Origin: an uncultured Candidatus Berkelbacteria bacterium
GTDB taxonomy: Bacteria > Patescibacteriota > UBA1384 > UBA12157
Assembly: GCA_903877885.1 (NCBI GenBank)
Contig: CAIRFN010000007.1
Location: 111 to 64,110, forward strand
Reading direction: 5' to 3'
DNA: 64,000 bases
This document shows positions 37,069-44,985 of the stretch, in pieces (the first letter of the stretch is position 1; each line of letters begins with the position of its first letter). The notes under the pieces are model-generated. The model made no database searches, had not been told where the DNA came from, and saw only the letters and a program-made list of their open reading frames with translations. A program made the position numbers and the translations under genes.

Positions 37069-39222
37069 CTATTCTTTACACACTGGGCATTGGAGTTCGC
37101 CCTTGGGAGTTTTGGTCATTATACCCTTACATTTTGGGCATTTTTCAGTCGTTGGTTCATTCCAAAATGCGGTTTTGCACTCTGGATAACCTTCGCAACC
37201 CCAAAACATGCGGCCGCGTTTACTGCGGCGTTTTAATAATTTTTTACCGCAATTTGGGCAAGGCACTTCTGCCGCCGGTGCCAAACTCTTAGTTTGTTTA
37301 CATTCCGGGTAACCTGAACAAGCCAAAAATGCACCAAAACGCGATTGCTTTAAAACCATTGGTTTACCGCACTTTTCGCATTTTTCCTCACTCGCCTTTT
37401 CCGCCGCTTCTTGAGTTTTAGCATCAAGTAAAGGTTTAGTATATTTACAATCCGGGTATTTTGAGCAGGAATAAAATCGGCCAAAACGACCGTGTTTGAT
37501 TACCACTGGTGCGCCACAGTCAGGACAAATTTCATCGGTTTCTTCATCCAGATTTTCTTTCACCACGCTTTTGGTTTTTTCTTCCAAGTGTTTTTCAAAC
37601 GGTTCATAAAAATCTTTAATCACTGGTTGCCAACCAACTTTACCTTCGGCAATATCATCAAACTGATCTTCAATCTTGGCCGTAAAATCAAAATCCACAA
37701 TCTCAGGAAAATGCTCGACTAAAATATCGTTAACCCGAACACCAATTTCCAAAGGTTTCAACCGACCTTCCAATTTTTCGACATAACCACGTTCTTGAAT
37801 TGTCGATATGGTTGGCGCGTAAGTTGACGGTCGACCAATCCCCCGTTTTTCCAGTTCTTTTACCAAGGTGCCTTCAGAGTAACGAGCCGGCGGCTCGGTA
37901 AAATGCTGAAGTTTTTCCAATTTTTCTAAATCTAATTTTTCATCAACCTTAAGCGGTGGCAATTGCTGGCTAGCGCGATCATCATCTTCGATATTATAAA
38001 CTTTCAAAAAACCGTCGAATTTAATTTTTGAGCCATTAGCGTTAAAACCGTATTTACCAGCGCTAATTTTGGCTTGAGTTTCGGCAAATACAGCTTCCGG
38101 CATTTGGCTAGCCATAAAACGCTGCCAAATCAATTTATACATTCGCTCGCTTTGACTATCTAATTTGACTGCTTCCGGGCGCAAACCTGGTTCAGTTGGA
38201 CGAATTGCTTCGTGCGCTTCTTGGGCGCCTTTGGATTTGGTTTTGAAAAATCGCGGCGAAGTTAAGGCGTATTTATCGCCAAATTCTCTTTTCAAAACTT
38301 CGGCCGCTTCTTTGGCCGCAATCGGCGAAATATTAACCGAATCGGTACGCATGTAAGTGATTAAACCGTCTTCATAGAGTTTTTGAGCCAGGCGCATGGT
38401 TTGCTTGGCCGAATAACCTAATTTATGGCCAGCGTCTTGTTGCAAAGTACTGGTTGTAAATGGCGGCAACGGATTGCGAACTCGGTCTTTTTCTTCCAAA
38501 CTTTTAATAATATATTCTGCTTTTTCCAAATCAGCTAAGATTTTTTGGGCATCAACATCGGCACAAATTGCCATTTTGTCGATTTTTTTACTATCAATCT
38601 CGGTTAAAATCGCTTTAAACGGTTTTTTGATAGTCGATAACATGGCTTCAATTGACCAATATTCTTCAGATTTAAAATTTTCCACTTCCCGCTCGCGCTC
38701 GACAATCAACCGCAAAGCCACAGATTGGACCCGGCCAGCCGAAAGGCCGCGAGCCACTTTGGCCCATAAAAATGGCGAAAGTTTATAACCAACCAACCGA
38801 TCCAGAACCCGGCGAGCCTGTTGAGCATCAACCAGGTTCAAATCAATCTGACGCGGATTTTTAACCGCTTCCAAAATCGCAGGTTTAGTAATTTCGTGAA
38901 AAGTGATTCGTTTAGTATTTTTATCTTTCAAACCAGTTGCTTGGACAATATGCCACGCAATCGCCTCCCCTTCGCGGTCATAGTCAGTAGCAAGATAAAC
39001 AGTATCGGCTTTAGCTATCGCCTCTTTCAAGGCTTTGATGGTTTTTTTGGCTCCAGCCGGAATAATATAACTTGGTTTGAAATTATCTTTAACATCAACG
39101 CCGATTTTACTTTTCGGTAAATCGCGGACATGACCAAAAGAGGCCAGAACCTTATAGTCCTTGCCTAAATACTTTTCAATTGTTTTGCCTTTTGCCGGCG
39201 ACTCAACGATAACTAAATTCAT
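37069..39222 (-). CDS. topA: DNA topoisomerase I with C-terminal Cys4 zinc-ribbon repeats.
   Basis: Toprim N-terminus (VIVESPAKGKTI), catalytic Tyr region, and four CxxC...CxxC ribbons. Confidence 0.9.
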   Translation of the reverse strand: MNLVIVESPAKGKTIEKYLGKDYKVLASFGHVRDLPKSKIGVDVKDNFKPSYIIPAGAKKTIKALKEAIAKADTVYLATDYDREGEAIAWHIVQATGLKDKNTKRITFHEITKPAILEAVKNPRQIDLNLVDAQQARRVLDRLVGYKLSPFLWAKVARGLSAGRVQSVALRLIVEREREVENFKSEEYWSIEAMLSTIKKPFKAILTEIDSKKIDKMAICADVDAQKILADLEKAEYIIKSLEEKDRVRNPLPPFTTSTLQQDAGHKLGYSAKQTMRLAQKLYEDGLITYMRTDSVNISPIAAKEAAEVLKREFGDKYALTSPRFFKTKSKGAQEAHEAIRPTEPGLRPEAVKLDSQSERMYKLIWQRFMASQMPEAVFAETQAKISAGKYGFNANGSKIKFDGFLKVYNIEDDDRASQQLPPLKVDEKLDLEKLEKLQHFTEPPARYSEGTLVKELEKRGIGRPSTYAPTISTIQERGYVEKLEGRLKPLEIGVRVNDILVEHFPEIVDFDFTAKIEDQFDDIAEGKVGWQPVIKDFYEPFEKHLEEKTKSVVKENLDEETDEICPDCGAPVVIKHGRFGRFYSCSKYPDCKYTKPLLDAKTQEAAEKASEEKCEKCGKPMVLKQSRFGAFLACSGYPECKQTKSLAPAAEVPCPNCGKKLLKRRSKRGRMFWGCEGYPECKTAFWNEPTTEKCPKCKGIMTKTPKGELQCPVCKE

Positions 39223-39227
39223 AAGTA

Positions 39228-39285
39228 ATTATTTAATTCAGAATGCATAATTAATTAATTCTGAATTCTGCATTATCCAATTAAT
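39228..39285. repeat. Repeat D copy 2.
   Basis: TTCAGAATGCATAATTAATTAATTCTGAATTCTGCATTA, immediately downstream of the dprA stop. Shares the CAGAATGCA / TTAATTAAT / CTGAATTCTG blocks. Confidence 0.5.
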
Positions 39286-40393
39286 TTTTCAGTTTCCCCC
39301 TAATAACATACCTTGTGCCTCCGAGGTTGGAAACCGCGCCTTTCATTTCTAACATAATTAGGGTGGTGTTGACAAGGGGTGGAGCCATTTTTGTGGCCAT
39401 AATCAGCTCATCAACCAACATTGGTTCTTTCAATAATCTTAACAGAATTTCTTCGTTTTGGCTATCGGCAACAATCACAGCTTGAGCTTCTTTCTCGAGT
39501 AAACTTTGTTCCATATTAAATTCAACCAAGATATCTTGGGCGTCCATAACCATTTTGGCACCCATTTGAATTAACCGATTTGGCCCTTCCGAAGTTTCCG
39601 AAAAAATTGAACCAGGAACAGCAAAAACTTCACGATTATAATCGAGCGCCGCTCGAGCCGTAATGAGCGAGCCGGAGTCAACCGCGCCTTCAATCACTAA
39701 AGTACCCAGCGACATTCCGGCAATAATTCGGTTGCGCATCGGAAAATTAAATTTTAAGGCCGGCGTACCGACAGGAAATTCCGAAATAATCGCTCCCCGA
39801 CCCTGAATGATCTGGTCTGCAAGGCGCACATTGCTCGCAGGATAGATTTGATCCAGTCCGCAACCTAAAACTGCCAGGGTACGGCCGCCGGCACGCAAGG
39901 CGGCCGTATGAGCCAAGGTATCGATTCCTAAAGCTAACCCTGAAATAATGGTCATTTTTTGTTTGGCCAGCGGATAAATTAACTTTTCCACTGCCCGCTC
40001 GCCATAATCAGTATATTTTCGAGAACCAACTACACCGATTGACAGTTCATCAACCAGTAAAATTTCGCCGCGATAATATAAAATTGCCGGCGGATCAGGA
40101 ATTTCTTTAAGTAGCTGTGGATAACTTTTGTCGGCCAGAGTCCAAACTTTGATTTTAAATCGATCTAATTTGGCCATTTCGCGATCCGGATCAACCCCGG
40201 CCACTACCTCTAAAACCGCTTTGATTTGACTAGAATCTAACCCTGACTCAAGCAATTTTCCTTTTTCACCTGTCCAGATTTTTGACATCTTGCCAAAACG
40301 TTTGTAAAGCTTTGTCAGCGTTCTGGCACCGATTTTCGGGTGAGTTGAGAGCGCGACCCAAAATTTTCGATCAAATTCAACTTCGTTTTCCAT
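39281..40393 (-). CDS. dprA: DNA-processing protein DprA (Smf).
   Basis: Rossmann-like GSRKYTDYG...GLALGIDTLAH...GCGLDQIYP signature. Confidence 0.85.
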   Translation of the reverse strand: MENEVEFDRKFWVALSTHPKIGARTLTKLYKRFGKMSKIWTGEKGKLLESGLDSSQIKAVLEVVAGVDPDREMAKLDRFKIKVWTLADKSYPQLLKEIPDPPAILYYRGEILLVDELSIGVVGSRKYTDYGERAVEKLIYPLAKQKMTIISGLALGIDTLAHTAALRAGGRTLAVLGCGLDQIYPASNVRLADQIIQGRGAIISEFPVGTPALKFNFPMRNRIIAGMSLGTLVIEGAVDSGSLITARAALDYNREVFAVPGSIFSETSEGPNRLIQMGAKMVMDAQDILVEFNMEQSLLEKEAQAVIVADSQNEEILLRLLKEPMLVDELIMATKMAPPLVNTTLIMLEMKGAVSNLGGTRYVIRGKLKN

Positions 40394-40450
40394 GTTTTAA
40401 TTGTACCAAAAAAGCCTGAAAATATCAGACTTTTGAGGTTAAAAATAAAT

Positions 40451-41101
40451 TTAAAATATTTTACTGTCGCTCGGACCATGACTGGAAGATGATTTTGTTG
40501 AGGGTTTGGTCGAAGCATTTAAAGTCGGTGATGGCGCTGTTGGCACTGGAACTGGTGATAATGATAAAGTTGGAGTCGCCACTGGGGCCGGCTTTAAATA
40601 TTGGTAATTTGGACCGTAAATTACTTGCCAAGCGTTATTACTGCTGGCTGTAAAAATCAAATGATCCTGCATCGCCTTTTGCGCTTGCATTACCTGATCT
40701 TTAACTATGGTTGGACCAGATTTGGTTGCGCCTAAAACCGTCGTATGATGAACCAAATTTTCGGCAATAGTTTTATCATCAAAAACTTTTATATTGTAAG
40801 TGACAACTTGACCTTTGACTGGTTTGATTTTTTTGTTATTTTTGGCATCGCTCTTAACCCGATTAACTAAACTAGTAATTGTTTTAGCATTCGCATCAGA
40901 TTTAGCTAAATAAACAATCACCTCTGAACTGCCTTTGGTCGATACGATTTTGTATTTCTGAGTTAGCGCAATGAAACCAAAATAGCCGCCAATAATTAAG
41001 GCAACAATAATCAGACCAACCAAAAGCATTGGCACAAAACTTTTTTTGATTTGGCGCGGCATGATATGCGACGTTGACTGTGCTTGATTCATCGAGTTCA
41101 T
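40451..41101 (-). CDS. Membrane-anchored hypothetical protein with a Pro/Ser-rich C-terminus.
   Basis: A single TM helix near the N-terminus. No recognisable domain. Confidence 0.5.
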   Translation of the reverse strand: MNSMNQAQSTSHIMPRQIKKSFVPMLLVGLIIVALIIGGYFGFIALTQKYKIVSTKGSSEVIVYLAKSDANAKTITSLVNRVKSDAKNNKKIKPVKGQVVTYNIKVFDDKTIAENLVHHTTVLGATKSGPTIVKDQVMQAQKAMQDHLIFTASSNNAWQVIYGPNYQYLKPAPVATPTLSLSPVPVPTAPSPTLNASTKPSTKSSSSHGPSDSKIF

Positions 41102-41188
41102 ATTCCCCTCCGATATTTAAAATTACCCCTCCGGGACCACATATTAATCATACATATTAAATAAAAAGATGTAAAGACGGCCGCTCTA

Positions 41189-41217
41189 TTGACATTTTAG
41201 GTTTAATATGGTATAAT
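41189..41217 (+). promoter_or_regulatory. Sigma-70-type promoter, exact consensus TTGACA-17-TATAAT, driving a non-coding transcript.
   Basis: TTGACATTTTAGGTTTAATATGGTATAAT. No ORF follows before the terminator at 41413-41437. Confidence 0.55.
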
Positions 41218-41223
41218 AGTTTA

Positions 41224-41438
41224 ACAGAGTCGAAAGACCTGTATCAAGGTAAAAGGAAGAAATCTGGTTCGCCTACCCGTTTGTAGCGGATGTACTCAGG
41301 TTGGCCAGTTTCTCTCTGTTACCTTCACCCCAGTCTTGTACTTTAAAAAAAATTTGAGGCTGGTAAAATCCCGTAAGGGTGGTTGAGGTTCAAAGGAGAG
41401 GATAAACAAAAAGGAACTGCGCAAGCGGTTCCTTTTTG
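41224..41438 (+). ncRNA. Candidate small non-coding RNA (~215 nt) of unknown class.
   Basis: Lies between a perfect consensus promoter and an intrinsic terminator (GGAACUGC-GCAA-GCGGUUCC followed by UUUUU). No ORF over 30 codons. Located between convergent/tandem minus-strand genes. Confidence 0.35.
41413..41437. terminator. Bidirectional intrinsic terminator (ends the candidate ncRNA; also usable for yrdC on the minus strand).
   Basis: GGAACTGC-GCAA-GCGGTTCC with a GNRA loop, A5 upstream and T5 downstream. Confidence 0.65.
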
Positions 41439-41456
41439 TGTATAAAATAATTTTAA

Positions 41457-42026
41457 TTACCGAATGTCTTTTTTGAGGTCTAAATGATAAATTGAGCTCG
41501 GAGTGCCTTTGAGTTTTTCATTAGTTTCGATGGTTAGATCGGCTTCTTTTTTGATTTGATCTGAAACCTCAGCAAAATTGGCAGGAGTAGGCTCGCCTTT
41601 TTTATTGGCTGAAGTGGTCACAATTGGACCAACTTCGTCAATGAGCTTAGAAAGCCACGCATGATTTGGCAGTCGAATGCCAATCGTATTGTCTTCGGCC
41701 ACAATCATTTTGGGAAATTCAATGGCGTAATTTACAATATCATCGATAATCGTTAATTCGCCAGAATAGAATTTCTGATCTAATTTTAAGTCCAAAACCA
41801 AATCACTGTTTCTTTTACCATCAAAAACATTGCGACTCATTAAAACTGCAGTTGGTTGAGTCGCCGGCCGATTTTTAATTTTGTAAAGTTTGCGAATCGC
41901 TGTTTTATTTAAAATACAACCAATCCCATAAACCGTATCGGTAGGCATTACCAAAACACCACCAGAAGTTAAAACTTCGGTGGCGTTTTTTAGACTATCT
42001 TTTGATTTAATATCGATGATATTCAT
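41457..42026 (-). CDS. tsaC: L-threonylcarbamoyladenylate synthase (YrdC/Sua5/TsaC family).
   Basis: VLVMPTDTVYGIGC motif; about 190 aa YrdC domain only. Confidence 0.8.
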   Translation of the reverse strand: MNIIDIKSKDSLKNATEVLTSGGVLVMPTDTVYGIGCILNKTAIRKLYKIKNRPATQPTAVLMSRNVFDGKRNSDLVLDLKLDQKFYSGELTIIDDIVNYAIEFPKMIVAEDNTIGIRLPNHAWLSKLIDEVGPIVTTSANKKGEPTPANFAEVSDQIKKEADLTIETNEKLKGTPSSIYHLDLKKDIR

Positions 42027-42033
42027 AGTGAAT

Positions 42034-42086
42034 TATTGCGATGGAATACAGAGCAACAAGGTTCTGCCGCAAGGCAGGTTCTTACT
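42034..42086. repeat. Repeat C copy 1 (about 52 bp).
   Basis: ATTGCGATGGAATACAGAGCAACAAGGTTCTGCCGCAAGGCAGGTTCTTAC, downstream of the rplK stop. Contains CTGCC-GCAA-GGCAG (a GNRA-loop hairpin). Confidence 0.7.
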
Positions 42087-42504
42087 TAACTTCAATCCCC
42101 ATGCTTTTGCAGGTTCCGCGAACGATTTCTTTAGCTGACTCTAGTTCAAAAGCATTGGTATCTTGCATTTTTTGTTTGGCAATTTCTTCAACTTGAGCTT
42201 CGGTGATTTTGCCAACTTTTTCACGATTCGGCACGCCTGAACCTTTAGCCACACCAGCCGCTTTCATAATGAGGTTAGCCATTGGTGGCTGTTTCATAAT
42301 GAAATCAAAAGTACGATCTTCATAAACAGTGATTTCGACCGGAATAACAGTGTCGCCCATGGAACGGGTCGCTTCATTGAATTTGTTTACAAAGTCCATG
42401 ATGTTTAAACCATGTTGACCCAAAGCTGGACCAATTGGAGGCGCTGGATTAGCTTTTCCGGCTGGAGCTTGTAATTTGATGATTGTTTTAATTTTCTTTG
42501 CCAT
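42082..42504 (-). CDS. rplK: 50S ribosomal protein L11.
   Basis: MAKKI...[23 protein letters not shown] signature. Confidence 0.9.
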   Translation of the reverse strand: MAKKIKTIIKLQAPAGKANPAPPIGPALGQHGLNIMDFVNKFNEATRSMGDTVIPVEITVYEDRTFDFIMKQPPMANLIMKAAGVAKGSGVPNREKVGKITEAQVEEIAKQKMQDTNAFELESAKEIVRGTCKSMGIEVK

Positions 42505-42526
42505 GATATCCTTTGGAATATTTTAT

Positions 42527-43273
42527 TTATACTTTATTTACTTGTAAAAAGTCGAGGGAGACTGGTGTTTCACGACCAAACATATTAACCAAGACTTTAA
42601 TTTTACCTTTGCTTTCATCAATTTCGGTCACTTTGGCTTCAAAACCCTTGAGCGGACCATCATTGATACGAACCAAATCGCCAGGGCGATATTCGATTTT
42701 ATATTTCGGTTCTTCTACACCCATCCGTTTTTTAATTCGATCGATTTCATCTGGCATCATTGGAGTTGGTCGCACCCCGAGACCAATAAAACCAGTCACG
42801 TTTGGAGTATTTCGAACAATATACCATGAATCGTCGGTAACGGTCATTTCGACCATGACATAACCTGGGAAAATTCTTTTTTCGACAGTTTTTCGTTTGC
42901 CATTTTTGATTTCAATTTGCTTTTCTTTCGGCACCAAAACTTGGAAAATTTTATCTTCCATACCCAAAGATTCGATTCTTTGTTTAAGGTTTTCCGCCAC
43001 TTGTTCTTCGTAACCAGAATAAGTATGAATTACATACCAACCACGGTCACCAGTTTGCTTTTGGGTTAAAAATCGATTTTCAGTTTCAACCGCATCATCA
43101 ACAATATCTTCTTCGGATTCTTCTTTAGTGTCTTTAGCCGCATCTTCAGTTGGTTCAGCCGCTTCGATTTCGCGACCAACTTCCTGAATTATATCATCTT
43201 CAACCTTAATTTCTTCGGCTGAAGTTTGATCGATTTGGTCTTTAGTTGTTTGTGCTTGGTTATTTTGATCCAT
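42527..43273 (-). CDS. nusG: Transcription termination/antitermination factor NusG with an acidic N-terminal extension.
   Basis: NGN domain (WYVIHTYSGYE) and KOW (GDLVRINDGPLKGFEAKV). Start at MDQNN, just after the secE stop; about 70 aa of D/E/Q-rich sequence precede the NGN domain. Confidence 0.85.
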   Translation of the reverse strand: MDQNNQAQTTKDQIDQTSAEEIKVEDDIIQEVGREIEAAEPTEDAAKDTKEESEEDIVDDAVETENRFLTQKQTGDRGWYVIHTYSGYEEQVAENLKQRIESLGMEDKIFQVLVPKEKQIEIKNGKRKTVEKRIFPGYVMVEMTVTDDSWYIVRNTPNVTGFIGLGVRPTPMMPDEIDRIKKRMGVEEPKYKIEYRPGDLVRINDGPLKGFEAKVTEIDESKGKIKVLVNMFGRETPVSLDFLQVNKV

Positions 43274-43304
43274 TTTGTCCTCTTTTTTAAAGTGGATTGT
43301 TTGG

Positions 43305-43499
43305 TTAGACTTTAGAATAGATGAGCCATTGAATTGTGGAGAATAATCCGAAATCAATCGCTGCAATTAAAGCCATGGCTACGGCAACTGCCACAATCAC
43401 AATAATCGTATGGTTGATGACTGTTTTACGGTCTGGCCAAATGACTTTTTTTAATTCTTCGTATGATCCGATGAAAAAATTTTGAATTTTTCCAATCAT
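43305..43499 (-). CDS. secE: Protein translocase subunit SecE.
   Basis: About 64 aa with a single C-terminal TM helix. Start at MIGK, immediately after the rplU stop. Confidence 0.7.
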   Translation of the reverse strand: MIGKIQNFFIGSYEELKKVIWPDRKTVINHTIIVIVAVAVAMALIAAIDFGLFSTIQWLIYSKV

Positions 43500-43500
43500 A

Positions 43501-43770
43501 TTATTTAATAGCCTCAATCTTAATTTCAGTAAACGCTTGACGGTGACCCTTAGTTCGTTGATAACGTTTCTTAGAATTGAATTTCAAAACTGTGATTTTA
43601 TCATGACGACCTTGGCCCAAAATCGAAGCGGTCACTTTTTTACCACCTAAAATATCGTCGAAATCGAGTTTGGCGTTATCTTCGCCTTCGATTTTTTCGA
43701 CTTTGATCACGTCGCCGGCTTCAACTTTATATTGTTTTCCCCCAGTTTTGATAATGGCAATTTCTGACAT
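43501..43770 (-). CDS. rplU: 50S ribosomal protein L21.
   Basis: AIIKTGGKQYKV...VEKI and C-terminal GHRQ.FTEIKI pattern. Confidence 0.75.
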   Translation of the reverse strand: MSEIAIIKTGGKQYKVEAGDVIKVEKIEGEDNAKLDFDDILGGKKVTASILGQGRHDKITVLKFNSKKRYQRTKGHRQAFTEIKIEAIK

Positions 43771-43822
43771 AAATCCTCTTTAACTTCTTTAATTTTATTA
43801 TATATAAATTTTTGTCGATTTC

Positions 43823-43840
43823 AAAAAATCCCCGAGGGGA
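43823..43840 (-). terminator. Putative terminator after rodA/ftsW.
   Basis: Minus-strand TCCCCTCGGGGA hairpin followed by TTTTTT. Confidence 0.5.
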
Positions 43841-43884
43841 CTGTTACATATCTATAATATAACAGTTGTCGATGTTTGTCAAGA

Positions 43885-44985
43885 CTAAAAATTAATCTGG
43901 CGATGACGCATGTAAATGCTTTGTAGAATACCAATCGCCGCCATATTAGTTAGCATGGCCGAGCCGCCATAAGAAACAAAAGGTAGCGGAATACCAGTTA
44001 CTGGCATAATTCCCATATTCATGCCAATATTAACCAGAATTTGAAACAAAAACATGGCCGCAAAGCCAACACTCAAATACATCCCAAAGTCATCTTTAGC
44101 CACTTTGGCAACGTTTATGACTCGAAAAACTAAAATCATTAATAGAATAAACAGAAAAATTGAGCCGAAAAACCCGGTCGATTCGGCAGTGCCGGCAAAA
44201 ATAAAATCAGTGTGAGCCACTGGCAAAAAGTTAAGTTGCGACTGCGAACCTTTGCCTAAACCAGTGCCAACTAGGCCGCCGGAGCCAATGGCAATTTTCG
44301 ATTGACTGACATTGTAACCGGCGCCATGCGGATCAGACGCCGGATTAATAAAAGCTTCAATTCGATTTTTTTGGTATGGCTTTAAAAAATGCCAAGCTAC
44401 CGGCATTAAACAGAGGAAAACTGCCAAACTGATAATTAAATACAATTTTTTAATTGGCGAAAGAATTAACATCACAATCGTGACAATAAATACAACCGAA
44501 GCCGTACCTAAATCTGGTTGAACTAAAATAAGTAAAAGCGGCAAACCAATTAATCCTAAAACCCAGAAATATTTTTTTAAATCAAACTCGCCGGCCCAGT
44601 CAGTAAAAAGTTTGGCTAAAAATATCACCACTACCAATTTAAAAACTTCCGATGGTTGAAGTTGGAAAACATATAAATTAATCCAGCGAGTCGCGCCAAA
44701 AGTACTGGCACCCAAAAATAGAACCAATAAAAGTAAACCCAAACCAAGTAAATAGAGAATTAAATATAAACCTTTGAGCGTGCGATAATCGAAAAACATT
44801 AAAGCAACGGCAGCAATTAAACCAATAACTAAATATTCGATTTGATCAATTGCGATATTTGATTTACTACCGTAGCTAATGGAAAAAATAATCACAATCC
44901 CGAAAACAGCTAAAAGAATTGGAATGATGTACAGACTCCAATCAAAACCAAAGTTAAACTTTAGTTTTGGCCAACCAATTTTCAC
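43885..44985 (-). CDS. FtsW/RodA/SpoVE-family peptidoglycan glycosyltransferase.
   Basis: About ten TM helices and the conserved SEAG-family C-terminal blocks (VAHTDFIFA, PFVSYGGS). Confidence 0.8.
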   Translation of the reverse strand: MKIGWPKLKFNFGFDWSLYIIPILLAVFGIVIIFSISYGSKSNIAIDQIEYLVIGLIAAVALMFFDYRTLKGLYLILYLLGLGLLLLVLFLGASTFGATRWINLYVFQLQPSEVFKLVVVIFLAKLFTDWAGEFDLKKYFWVLGLIGLPLLLILVQPDLGTASVVFIVTIVMLILSPIKKLYLIISLAVFLCLMPVAWHFLKPYQKNRIEAFINPASDPHGAGYNVSQSKIAIGSGGLVGTGLGKGSQSQLNFLPVAHTDFIFAGTAESTGFFGSIFLFILLMILVFRVINVAKVAKDDFGMYLSVGFAAMFLFQILVNIGMNMGIMPVTGIPLPFVSYGGSAMLTNMAAIGILQSIYMRHRQINF

